53,011 nt of DNA from a virus (Duplodnaviria > Caudoviricetes), in IMG/VR virus record IMGVR_UViG_3300011994_000001, positions 1 through 53,011 of that record. The stretch is one strand, 5' to 3'. A model generated the notes under the pieces. That model made no database searches and was not told the origin of the DNA. It saw only the letters and a program-made list of their open reading frames with translations. Position 1 is the first letter of the stretch. Every line of letters starts with the position of its first letter. The translations under genes and the position numbers were made by a program. Positions 35,364 to 44,116 of this stretch are shown here, in pieces.

Positions 35364-36011
35364 ATGACATGCGGTAATACTATTGATTGTAGAGACTGTG
35401 AGGATAGATATAAATGCGGGCCAGCTGTGGGTATGATAGGAGATTACACAACTAAAGAGTATGAAAAAATGAAAGCCCGTAAATCGTCTGTTAGTACTGA
35501 TATCGATTATTCAAGACGCTGCGGAGAGTTTGGACATTCTGATGCTATGAATAGGGCTAGTTGCGTATCTTGCAGTATGCACGCGATAGAGTTGTACAAA
35601 GCTTGCTTAAATAAAAAACACGCTGGGGTTACCCCGAAAACGTACAAAGATAAACCCAAAGTTGAGAAACAACATATGGATAAGCTACCAAGTATATTAG
35701 CGGTAGACTTCGATGGAACTCTCGTTCACGATGACTATCCCTTGATTGGTAAGGCTAGAACGGAGGTATTTGACCTTGTAAGAACGTATATCCACAGAGG
35801 TTGGAAAGTTATCTTATGGACTTGTAGGGATCACGAATGGTTAGCTAGTGCCGTTGACTATTGTAGGAACCAGGGTCTAGAGTTTGACGCTGTTAACGAG
35901 AATATCAAAGAGGTCAAGGAAATGTTCGACAACGATACCCGTAAGGTGTTTGCTAATATTTATATTGACGATAAATTTTTGTTTGTAGAAGGTGTTAATA
36001 ATGCCTCTTGA
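35364..36011 (+). CDS. Cys-rich N-domain fused to HAD phosphatase (copy 2)
   Basis: CRDC..C, CVSC; AVDFDGTL, ILWTCRD, FDAVNENIKEV, YIDDK. Confidence 0.85.
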   Translation: MTCGNTIDCRDCEDRYKCGPAVGMIGDYTTKEYEKMKARKSSVSTDIDYSRRCGEFGHSDAMNRASCVSCSMHAIELYKACLNKKHAGVTPKTYKDKPKVEKQHMDKLPSILAVDFDGTLVHDDYPLIGKARTEVFDLVRTYIHRGWKVILWTCRDHEWLASAVDYCRNQGLEFDAVNENIKEVKEMFDNDTRKVFANIYIDDKFLFVEGVNNAS

Positions 36012-36378
36012 AACATCTATAACCGCTAGTATTATGAAGTATCTCAACGGTCTACCTGAGTGCGTAGCGGAGAAAGTAATGGGCAACGCTTATCAATTCG
36101 GTAGACCCGATATCAACGCTTGTTACCAAGGTAAGACCTACCGAATAGAGGTCAAAACCGCAGACAACGGTAACAAACCTAGTAAGTCCCAAGAGCTTAA
36201 TCTCAAGAAGTGGGCGAAAGCAGGTGCTATCTGTATTGCTGTATGGTCCCTCGATGATGTTAAGAATATTATTGAGCATCACGGTTGTTACAACTCTTCA
36301 TTCCGGGGTTGGTACTTCACTGAGGACAAGAAAATAATTAAGTGTAGAGAAGGAGAGAGCTGCTGTGATGAGTCCTGA
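36001..36378 (+). CDS. VRR-NUC nuclease
   Basis: E..I...I..YL, GRPDI, IEVK, PS..Q...L. Confidence 0.88.
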   Translation: MPLETSITASIMKYLNGLPECVAEKVMGNAYQFGRPDINACYQGKTYRIEVKTADNGNKPSKSQELNLKKWAKAGAICIAVWSLDDVKNIIEHHGCYNSSFRGWYFTEDKKIIKCREGESCCDES

Positions 36379-36474
36379 GGTAGACCTTATATGGGCAACT
36401 CTTGAGTCAATAAGGACTAGCGAGAACGGGGCTATTATTGATACGTTACAGACAAAATTAGAGGGGGAAGAATT

Positions 36475-37398
36475 ATGAAATGTTTTTATCATGAGGACGA
36501 TGACGGACGTTGCGCGGGGTATCTAGTTAATAAGAACGATAAAGGTCACCACGGCATCCAAGGACGAGAATTCGTAGCAATAAACTACGGACACAGGTTC
36601 CCGCTCGAAACCATACTACCAGACGAAGTAGTATATATAGTTGACTTCTCGATAAGCCCCCGAGAAATGGAACAACTACTGGATATTACTCCAAACGTAA
36701 TCTGGATAGATCATCACAAGACGGCTATTGATAAATACAAGGACTTCAAACAGCCTATTGAGGGGCTTAGAATTGATGGAGTTGCTGGTTGTATGCTGAC
36801 ATACTTGTACCTAGTAAAGAAACTAAATCAAATTTTGCTGCCTGAGTGGGGGGATGCAGATTTGGCTGTGTGGATGAGTGGTGCTCCTAAGTTTGTTAGA
36901 CTTATTGCCGACTGGGATACCTGCACAGACAGAGACAACTTCAAGTACGGGGAAAATACAACGTGTTTCCACCTAGGGTTCGACGCTTACGATTTCAACC
37001 CCGAGTCTTATCTCTGGAACTTGTTAGATAACAAGGACGGGAAAATGGTAACCGATATGCTTGTAAGGGGCTCAGTTATTCAAGATTATAAGGACACATG
37101 GGCAAAGAATTATCTTGCACAGTTCGGGTTTGAGGTTTGGTTCGACGGGTTAAAGTGTTTTGCTCTTAATCTAGGTAATGCGGGAAGTGACTACTTCAAA
37201 AGTCTCCCGCCAGACCTCGATTATGATGCGTTTATTGGGTTTGCTTTTAACGGAGATACCTTCAAAGTTAGTATGAGATCTGCTAAGCCCGATGAAGTTG
37301 ACGTTTCTGAGGTTTGCCTAAAGTATGGGGGCGGTGGTCACAGAGGTGCTGCTGGATTCAATATAGCATCACTACCCTTCTCAAGGAGCTACGAATGA
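36475..37398 (+). CDS. DHH/DHHA1 phosphoesterase
   Basis: YHEDDDG, IVDFS, WIDHHKT, YGGGGHRGAAGF. Confidence 0.92.
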   Translation: MKCFYHEDDDGRCAGYLVNKNDKGHHGIQGREFVAINYGHRFPLETILPDEVVYIVDFSISPREMEQLLDITPNVIWIDHHKTAIDKYKDFKQPIEGLRIDGVAGCMLTYLYLVKKLNQILLPEWGDADLAVWMSGAPKFVRLIADWDTCTDRDNFKYGENTTCFHLGFDAYDFNPESYLWNLLDNKDGKMVTDMLVRGSVIQDYKDTWAKNYLAQFGFEVWFDGLKCFALNLGNAGSDYFKSLPPDLDYDAFIGFAFNGDTFKVSMRSAKPDEVDVSEVCLKYGGGGHRGAAGFNIASLPFSRSYE

Positions 37399-38786
37399 GG
37401 TTCTTCACCTCTCCCTGGAAGCATCAAGTCAAAGCCCTGAAATACCTTATAACAAGGTCCTTCGGGGCTTTGTTCCTTGATATGGGCGCGGGTAAGACAA
37501 AAATAATGGTAGACTTGATAGTTAACAGAGGTTTCAAGAGAACCCTGATTATAGCTCCGAAGAGAGTTTGCCGAGTTTGGGCTCCTGAATTCCAGAAACA
37601 CGCTCCTAGCGAGAATATACGTGTCTTAGACGTGAGTGAAGTGTCGGGCGGGGCGAGAAGTCGATGGCTTAAATCTAACCTAACTGGCAGCGAAATAGAC
37701 CAACAAGTTATCATATGTAACTACGAATCTGTGTGGCGCGAACCGCTCCGCTCCTACTTATTAAGTAAGAAGGGACAAATGGACTGTGTAATATGCGATG
37801 AGTCCCATAGGATTAAGACCCCTGGTAGTAAGGTATCCCGCTTTCTTCAGCTCCTTGGAAGGAGAGTTGAGAACCGATTCCTGATGACGGGTACGCCCCT
37901 GGCACAGTCTCCCTTGGATATATACGCTCAATACAGATTCCTCAAAGAAACTATCTTTGGTACGAGCTACGGTAGATTTACAAATGAGTTTGCTAATTTC
38001 ATTCAGACTTCGGGCGGGTTCCCAATGCTAGACCCCAAGACCCCCTACAAGAACCTCGATGAGCTTCATGATCGTATGTTCTCCTGCGCGTTTTGCGTAG
38101 AAGTTGACTTGAATCTCCCACCTACCCAGGATATACAAATTGAGTTTGACCTTCCTCCGAAGGTTCAAAAGATGTATAAAGAACTGGAGAAGGAAGGTTG
38201 CTTGACTCTCAAAGATGGAACCTTAGAAACTGGTAATATACTGACGGTTATCATGAGACTACAACAGCTCACCTCAGGTTATATACCGCTTGAAGATGCG
38301 GGCGGCAATAGTAAGTTAACAACGGTAGATGACTCTCGTCAACTAGCCTTGAAAGAGCTACTGGAGGGTATACCTGAGGATGAGCCCGTAGTTATATTTT
38401 GTAGGTTCAGAAAGGACATAAATAACATCCGATCTCTTGTTAAGAGTATCGGACGTAAATCATCCGAACTATCTGGAGCTAGAGATACCCTACACCGATG
38501 GCAAGCGGGTAAAACCACGGTTCTTGTCGTTCAGATAGCGTCAGGAGCCGAAGGCAACGACTTCACCCGAGCTAAGTATTGTATATATTATACCTTGGCA
38601 CACTCCCTAGCAAAGTATAAGCAAAGCCGAAAGAGGATACACCGCCCTGGGCAAACCCGTCCCGTGATCTACTATACCCTGGTAGCTAAACTCGACAAGG
38701 GACTAACTATTGACGAGAAGATCGTGGAGAGCCTACGAACTAATCAGAACCTAGTTGATATAATCATGCGAGAAAGAAAAATATAA
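37395..38786 (+). CDS. SNF2-family helicase
   Basis: HQ, DMGAGKT, NYE, DESH, TGTP, Q...RIHRPGQ. Confidence 0.93.
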   Translation: MRFFTSPWKHQVKALKYLITRSFGALFLDMGAGKTKIMVDLIVNRGFKRTLIIAPKRVCRVWAPEFQKHAPSENIRVLDVSEVSGGARSRWLKSNLTGSEIDQQVIICNYESVWREPLRSYLLSKKGQMDCVICDESHRIKTPGSKVSRFLQLLGRRVENRFLMTGTPLAQSPLDIYAQYRFLKETIFGTSYGRFTNEFANFIQTSGGFPMLDPKTPYKNLDELHDRMFSCAFCVEVDLNLPPTQDIQIEFDLPPKVQKMYKELEKEGCLTLKDGTLETGNILTVIMRLQQLTSGYIPLEDAGGNSKLTTVDDSRQLALKELLEGIPEDEPVVIFCRFRKDINNIRSLVKSIGRKSSELSGARDTLHRWQAGKTTVLVVQIASGAEGNDFTRAKYCIYYTLAHSLAKYKQSRKRIHRPGQTRPVIYYTLVAKLDKGLTIDEKIVESLRTNQNLVDIIMRERKI

Positions 38787-38793
38787 TTTCCTC

Positions 38794-38822
38794 TTTACTT
38801 TTGTAGGAAATAGGAGTATACT
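38794..38822 (+). promoter_or_regulatory. sigmaA-like promoter (TTTACT family)
   Basis: TTTACT-N17-TATACT. Confidence 0.75.
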
Positions 38823-38858
38823 CAAGGTAGTTAATAAACACAGAAAGAGGTTGTTAAA

Positions 38859-39119
38859 ATGGAAAAGAAATTAGCAGTAACAAACGGTATTCCTGAAGAG
38901 GTTCTATCCTTCGCTCGCGGCGTATCCCAATTAAGAAGAGACACGGGGGTAGAAAGTTTCAGTTTTGATTGGAGCGAACCAATGATTCAACTAGGCGACA
39001 AAGTATACTTCCTAACTTGGGATTCAGATTCTCAGGAGTATGCCGTTGACGAGGAGTGGAGACAACAGCTGGAGAGGTTGGCTAAAGAAGAACAATTGAC
39101 TAAAGAATCTAATCTTTAA
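38859..39119 (+). CDS. Hypothetical protein
   Basis: AGAGG RBS; followed by a GGGGGC-GAAA-GCCCCC hairpin. Confidence 0.65.
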   Translation: MEKKLAVTNGIPEEVLSFARGVSQLRRDTGVESFSFDWSEPMIQLGDKVYFLTWDSDSQEYAVDEEWRQQLERLAKEEQLTKESNL

Positions 39120-39165
39120 ATACTAGGGGGCGAAAGCCCCCGATAATAAAAGGAGGAAATGCGGT

Positions 39166-39438
39166 ATGAAAACCAAGATGATAAACTGTATATTTGAGAA
39201 ACGGGTTTGTAGTTACGCTAGAATGAACAAGGGTTGCTTTTCCTGCGAAGCTCCGTCCGATTGGGACATGACTTGCCGAAACTTTCCCGAGGTTACGCTG
39301 GTTACTGGAGACACTCTTACCCTGAGCGGTTTGGTAGAAACAGCCCTAGCTTATGGAATAAAGATACCCAAGTCTGTATCGGTTACGCAGTTGGCTCGCA
39401 GGGTGAACAGGCGTATAGAGGAGGAGCGGATGTTTTGA
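39166..39438 (+). CDS. Hypothetical protein (paralogue of 39786..39953)
   Basis: AGGAGG RBS; LVTGDT.....LV.TA..YGI...VNR.IE.ER. Confidence 0.65.
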   Translation: MKTKMINCIFEKRVCSYARMNKGCFSCEAPSDWDMTCRNFPEVTLVTGDTLTLSGLVETALAYGIKIPKSVSVTQLARRVNRRIEEERMF

Positions 39439-39602
39439 AAGACAAAGGTTGCCTTGGATACTCAACATTTAACGGAGAGAGCACCGAGTATGAGTGCGGG
39501 TATGAATTTGCTGGGGATATAGACTGCGAAGACTGTATGTTTGGATCGTGTGGAGGAATGATGGATCCAAGTGTTGACCCTAGAGAGGACGATGAAGATT
39601 GA
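39435..39602 (+). CDS. Small Cys-rich acidic protein
   Basis: TTGA coupling; C.G...ECGY...DCEDCMF. Confidence 0.5.
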   Translation: MKDKGCLGYSTFNGESTEYECGYEFAGDIDCEDCMFGSCGGMMDPSVDPREDDED

Positions 39603-39808
39603 GTCAACGTAAGAAAATGGACAAGCTCGCAAAGGCAGGGTATCGTATAGGGTTCAGCGATGCCTGCGAGTTCTGGGACTTAGCACTGAAGAACACTAAG
39701 TACATTGGCCCCAAAAGGCAGAAGGCAATCATGGATACAGTAACTCACTTAATCAAGAACGCAAATACAAAGGAGGAAATCAGTCATGAGCAAGTTAAAA
39801 ATGTATGA
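39599..39808 (+). CDS. Hypothetical protein
   Basis: Coupled ORF; TK.IGPKR motif. Confidence 0.5.
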   Translation: MSQRKKMDKLAKAGYRIGFSDACEFWDLALKNTKYIGPKRQKAIMDTVTHLIKNANTKEEISHEQVKNV

Positions 39809-39953
39809 GCTGGTAACTGGTGATACAGTAAGTCTTGATGATTTAGTGCACACAGCTAGAACCTATGGTATACTATGGGGAGGGATGAGCGCATCTCTGT
39901 TACTTGAAGAAGTTAATAGGTGTATAGAGGCAGAGAGAGAAAATGGCTGTTAG
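39786..39953 (+). CDS. Small hypothetical protein (55 aa, not in ORF track)
   Basis: AAGGAGG RBS; MSKLKMYELVTGDTVSLDDLVHTARTYGI...VNRCIEAER. Confidence 0.65.
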   Translation: MSKLKMYELVTGDTVSLDDLVHTARTYGILWGGMSASLLLEEVNRCIEAERENGC

Positions 39954-40212
39954 GCGCACTAAGTGCATGTTTCAACGTAAACAATATGGGCGTTGGGAGT
40001 ATGGGACCCTGGTAGAAGGCAAGCGCAAGCGGGTGGTTGATAAAGAGGGCGAAACAGTTGAGATAGTACATGCCTATGTAAAATACATCATATCCACCAG
40101 AAGCTGTAACAACTGTAAGTTCTGGAGAGAGTACAAGAGGATCAAGTGTAAGAAGAAGCAACCAGAACAGCAGAGTCTGTATGGAGCCAACCGATGCAAG
40201 GAATGGGGCTGA
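39943..40212 (+). CDS. Hypothetical basic Cys-rich protein
   Basis: CNNCKFW...C...C. Confidence 0.5.
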   Translation: MAVRRTKCMFQRKQYGRWEYGTLVEGKRKRVVDKEGETVEIVHAYVKYIISTRSCNNCKFWREYKRIKCKKKQPEQQSLYGANRCKEWG

Positions 40213-40267
40213 TCTTATCAGCTCTTTCTTTTTGTAAAAATTCTTTTGGAAAAACCATCAAAAGGGC

Positions 40268-40296
40268 TTTACTTTCCAGTCAAGATATAGTATGAT
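40268..40296 (+). promoter_or_regulatory. sigmaA-like promoter (TTTACT family)
   Basis: TTTACT-N17-TATGAT then AAGGTTGTA. Confidence 0.8.
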
Positions 40297-40341
40297 AAGG
40301 TTGTAGGAGAGCTACGAACGATAAGAAAGAGGTAATGCAGG

Positions 40342-40926
40342 ATGAAAAAGTTAACCGCGTTTGAAGTATCAGTTATGGAGTGTATCCCTAAAGAGTGTTT
40401 TTACGAAAATGGATTTGACTCCGTACTCTGGATGGATTGCTTCCTGGATACGGTACTAAGAGAAGCCAAGATCGAAAACAAAAAATCCCGAGCGGTAGTT
40501 GTTAACTTGGAGAAGAAGGGGCTTTTGACTATAGCCTTTGAGAAAAGAGATATTGACGGTAGCGGAGGAACGACCTTTGTACTAGCTCAAGACGGGAAAG
40601 ACTACCTAGTCAAAAAAGGTCTTGTAGAAGCGGGAACAGGTTACGTAGTAAGACAGAAAGTCAAAACTGAGGTATCGCCAAAGGTACTAGATATGGCGAA
40701 TAGAATATCAAAACTGAAGTCCCCAATTCCCGAGGAAGTCAAGGGTACAGTAGTCCTCCGAGCGTTCACGAACTTGGTTCTTGGTAAGTACCCTGAGTAC
40801 GCCGAACTGGACGGAATAGTTTCTATAGTAATAGGGAGCGGAAGAGAATTGACCTTCGACAAAGAAACTGGAAAACAAACCAACGCTCTGAAACCTAAGT
40901 TCGCTAATAAGATCACCTGGGAATAG
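40342..40926 (+). CDS. Hypothetical protein: winged-helix-like N-domain plus C-domain shared with 25634..26134
   Basis: RAVVVNLEKKGLL...L.QDGK; GRELTFDKETGKQTN..KFANKI. Confidence 0.7.
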   Translation: MKKLTAFEVSVMECIPKECFYENGFDSVLWMDCFLDTVLREAKIENKKSRAVVVNLEKKGLLTIAFEKRDIDGSGGTTFVLAQDGKDYLVKKGLVEAGTGYVVRQKVKTEVSPKVLDMANRISKLKSPIPEEVKGTVVLRAFTNLVLGKYPEYAELDGIVSIVIGSGRELTFDKETGKQTNALKPKFANKITWE

Positions 40927-40972
40927 GGCGCAAGCCCTCTCCCCGTTGGGGAAAATAATTTTTTCAAGGGGC

Positions 40973-41001
40973 TTTACTTATTGAAGTAATGGGTATATAC
41001 T
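40973..41001 (+). promoter_or_regulatory. sigmaA-like promoter (TTTACT family)
   Basis: TTTACT-N17-TATACT. Confidence 0.75.
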
Positions 41002-41041
41002 AAGGGTGTAGAGAGATTATCAAGGAAAGAAGGACTGCGGG

Positions 41042-41851
41042 ATGAAGTACTCAACGATCCAGACAAAAGACGGATGGAACGCTAAGATTCAGGAATTTGA
41101 TTCGATAGGGGATTTAAGAGGTCATATGGCTTCGATGCCTGAGAAGAGTACGCTCTGGATAAACGTATCCAAGGAGAGTCTAGTCAAAGGGTCAAGTTGG
41201 GCGGGTACTTACGATTATGAAGAAGCTGATTACCTCCTAACTCACGGATGGCAGGAAAAAGCAGAAAAGCTAGCCAAGAAGCTGCCGATCAAAGTAGTAT
41301 CCAGCGAAGTACGGAAAACAACCCCGAGCTACGGAATGGTAGGACACCAAGCTTCTGTACCCCGATATATAATGGGAGTACCTCAGAATATGATTAATAG
41401 CAAGCCCGTAACGGTACAGCAGAAGATAATCACGATAAACAAAAGTATCAGCGTCAACTGTAGAGTAACCGCAGAACAAATAGAGGAGGAAGGTATCAAG
41501 GCTCTTCAAATAATACAAGCTCTTGAGGGCAAAGGGTATCGAGTCAAGTTGAATATATTCTGGTTATCTCTTGTTACTAACGAAATGGCGATATGCAAAG
41601 TATGTATCAAAAAGCCCGAGGAGAGGTTGAGCCTTATCAAGGTAGCTTTCCCGATAGCTCACCCATCGATGTTACGAAGGATTATGCTTAACTGGATGGA
41701 GCGATTCGAGGAATTGACAGATAGGAGCTTCACCTATGGATACGGCAGAGCGAACGGGACCCAATACTCAAGCCTACTCAAGAAAGGAGAATACCTGCTA
41801 CCAGAGTTTATACCGAACGTTGACGAGTTCGTAAAAAAGATGGGGCTGTAA
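41042..41851 (+). CDS. VWA-like partner of the MoxR/CobS ATPase
   Basis: VPRYI.G.P.NM, LE..GYRVKL, IK.P.E.L.....AFP.AHPSMLRR; adjacent to an AAA+ gene. Confidence 0.6.
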   Translation: MKYSTIQTKDGWNAKIQEFDSIGDLRGHMASMPEKSTLWINVSKESLVKGSSWAGTYDYEEADYLLTHGWQEKAEKLAKKLPIKVVSSEVRKTTPSYGMVGHQASVPRYIMGVPQNMINSKPVTVQQKIITINKSISVNCRVTAEQIEEEGIKALQIIQALEGKGYRVKLNIFWLSLVTNEMAICKVCIKKPEERLSLIKVAFPIAHPSMLRRIMLNWMERFEELTDRSFTYGYGRANGTQYSSLLKKGEYLLPEFIPNVDEFVKKMGL

Positions 41852-41900
41852 GCCCCTTCCGCGCTCCTGAAAATAATTTTAAATTCTTTTGTAAAAACGC

Positions 41901-41929
41901 TTTACTTCTTGAAGTAAAAGTAGTATGAT
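41901..41929 (+). promoter_or_regulatory. sigmaA-like promoter (TTTACT family)
   Basis: TTTACT-N17-TATGAT. Confidence 0.75.
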
Positions 41930-41968
41930 AAGAATGTAGAGAGATTACAAAGAAAGAAGGAACGCGGA

Positions 41969-43009
41969 ATGAAACCTGTATACTTAACTCCTGAACTAGC
42001 TAAAGAGATTGGGGTCCAAAAGATCACGAGAGTTGAAACTAAGTATCTGGAGATAACAGTCGGAGGTAAACCAGTAATCAGAACTCTCTCCCTTAACAAG
42101 GATGGATCGGGATACTTTAACTTTAACAAAGTCGGATACTTGATCGAGAATTGCCTGAGAGTTGTTCCTGAGTTAGAAGGTAAGACCGTAACAAAAACGG
42201 TAGAAATAGCCCCTAGAATCAAGGAAGTGGATTTCTCCCCCGTTGTACCCGAGGTAGATAAAACTAAACACGCGAAACACGAGAAAATTAAAATCTGCGT
42301 TAAAAACGATATTCCTGTATACTTAGTAGGCGAAGCAGGAACTGGTAAGAACTATACCCTGGAGCTTATCGCTAAAGAGCTGGACCTAGACTTCTACTTC
42401 ACTAATAGCGTCCAACAAGAGTATAAGATCACTGGATTTATCGACGCTGGCGGTAAGTACCACGAAACTGAATTCTACAAAGCTTTTACGAAGGGCGGAC
42501 TTTTCTTCCTTGACGAGATTGACGCTAGTATCCCCGAGGTTCTGGTTCTACTAAATGCGGCAATAGCTAATCGCTACTTTGAATTTCCTACTGGTAAAGT
42601 AAACGCTCACCCAGACTTCCGAGTAGTATCCGCTGGTAATACCTCAGGGTCAGGATCAAACGAGCTATACACGGGAAGACTGGTATTGGATTCCGCTACC
42701 CTGGACCGTTTCGTAATTATCGACTTTGATTACGATAAGAACGTGGAACTGCACTTAGCAAAAGGAGATACTCACCTGGTAAACTTCGTGAGATCGCTCC
42801 GAGAGTTCTCAAAGAAATCTGGAATCAGAGCTACCTTCTCTTACCGCTGTATAATGACCGTAGTCAAGCTAGAAAGAGCGGGAATGGACCTCAAGAGTAT
42901 ACTGGAGATTGCGGTAGTCAAGGGAATGGATCAAGATACGATTAGCACTCTCAAAGTAGTTGACGCTGGAAAATATTTCTTCGCTTTAAAAGAGCTTCAA
43001 GTTGCTTAG
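41969..43009 (+). CDS. MoxR/CobS-like AAA+ ATPase
   Basis: GEAGTGKN, FLDEID, HPDFR...AGNT, Y.GR..LD.ATLDRF. Confidence 0.88.
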   Translation: MKPVYLTPELAKEIGVQKITRVETKYLEITVGGKPVIRTLSLNKDGSGYFNFNKVGYLIENCLRVVPELEGKTVTKTVEIAPRIKEVDFSPVVPEVDKTKHAKHEKIKICVKNDIPVYLVGEAGTGKNYTLELIAKELDLDFYFTNSVQQEYKITGFIDAGGKYHETEFYKAFTKGGLFFLDEIDASIPEVLVLLNAAIANRYFEFPTGKVNAHPDFRVVSAGNTSGSGSNELYTGRLVLDSATLDRFVIIDFDYDKNVELHLAKGDTHLVNFVRSLREFSKKSGIRATFSYRCIMTVVKLERAGMDLKSILEIAVVKGMDQDTISTLKVVDAGKYFFALKELQVA

Positions 43010-43017
43010 TAGAATAG

Positions 43018-43037
43018 GCGGGAGCAATCCCGCTTTT
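43018..43037 (+). terminator. Intrinsic terminator
   Basis: GCGGGA-GCAA-TCCCGC then TTTT. Confidence 0.75.
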
Positions 43038-43051
43038 CTCTAAAATAACTC

Positions 43052-43080
43052 TTTACTTCTTGAGGAAAATATTATATACT
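43052..43080 (+). promoter_or_regulatory. sigmaA-like promoter (TTTACT family)
   Basis: TTTACT-N17-TATACT. Confidence 0.75.
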
Positions 43081-43102
43081 TGTGTTGGGGGGAGGTGAGA
43101 TT

Positions 43103-43261
43103 ATGAAATACAAAGAAACTACTTGTCCCAAGTGTGGAGTATCCCATGCAACTGAAGACTACTTATTTGACCATACTGATGTGGACGGGTATGAAACTGG
43201 TGACGTAGACTGGTATGCATGTCCTACTTGTAATCAATTATTTAATGACCTAGAATGTTAA
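43103..43261 (+). CDS. Zn-ribbon micro-protein (52 aa, not in ORF track)
   Basis: GGAGGTG RBS; CPKCG...CPTC. Confidence 0.65.
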   Translation: MKYKETTCPKCGVSHATEDYLFDHTDVDGYETGDVDWYACPTCNQLFNDLEC

Positions 43262-43277
43262 GAGGAGGAAATATATT

Positions 43278-43817
43278 ATGAAAAAACGTTGGTATGTACT
43301 TGGAGCGGTCATTATTATCGGAGCGGTAGCGGGTTCTCAAGGAGGTACGACAACCCCAAATCCAGCCCCCGTAGCTACGCAAACTTCAAGCCCCGTAGCT
43401 AGTGCGCCAGTAGCCCTCTCAAAAACTGGCGTGTCGAGCAACGTAACAATCGAGGTAACTGGATTTGATTCTACCGATACTGTTGGGAATAACCCGTACT
43501 CAAACTCCAAAGCCAAGGGCGTATTCAAGGTTGTTGGTCTTACTCTTACGAATAACCAAAAGGATGCTATAACAGTAACAAGCGGGAGCTTTAAACTGTA
43601 TGATAGCAAAGACCGAGAGTTCACTGATTCAACGGATGCTGGAATGTCTCTTACGTTGAACGATCCAAAGATTGAATCCTTTATGGCTACTACGGTGAAC
43701 CCTGGGATGAGCGTATCGGGAGAGGTCGTATTTGACGTACCGAAGGACGCTACAGGATTCTACTTGAAAGCCTCAGGAGGAATGGTGGGTACTCCTATCA
43801 AACTAGCGGTACAATAA
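43278..43817 (+). CDS. DUF4352-like membrane-anchored surface protein (possible superinfection exclusion)
   Basis: MKKRWY + TM helix + Thr/Pro linker; A.G.F..V.LT.TN, F.L.D...REF, VNPG....GEVVFDVP. Confidence 0.78.
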   Translation: MKKRWYVLGAVIIIGAVAGSQGGTTTPNPAPVATQTSSPVASAPVALSKTGVSSNVTIEVTGFDSTDTVGNNPYSNSKAKGVFKVVGLTLTNNQKDAITVTSGSFKLYDSKDREFTDSTDAGMSLTLNDPKIESFMATTVNPGMSVSGEVVFDVPKDATGFYLKASGGMVGTPIKLAVQ

Positions 43818-43834
43818 GGAAGGAGAGAGTAAGT

Positions 43835-44116
43835 ATGAAGATGAAAAGTCCTGCCAAAATAAAGGTTAATGTAATAGACGTAATAAACAAACACGAGGGT
43901 ATGGTCAAAAATGTTAAAGACCTTGAAGTTGGTATATGTGGATTGAGAGATTACAAAAAGTTCTCTGACGCTACCTATGATATTGACGATGATGAGAGGT
44001 TGTCTGTGATACTTCTTTGGGGGGAATACCAAGAACGATCCAAAGCCCTCGCTAGGTATCTTAATCAGGAGATTATCGTTGATAGTGACGAGGAGGAAGA
44101 CGTTGACTTGGGATAA
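43835..44116 (+). CDS. Hypothetical protein
   Basis: AAGGAG RBS; co-oriented. Confidence 0.55.
   Translation: MKMKSPAKIKVNVIDVINKHEGMVKNVKDLEVGICGLRDYKKFSDATYDIDDDERLSVILLWGEYQERSKALARYLNQEIIVDSDEEEDVDLG

Noticed and set aside
41969-43009. Cobalamin biosynthesis gene cobS
   Set aside because: Phage CobS-like proteins are MoxR-type AAA+ ATPases; no cobN or other cob genes are present.
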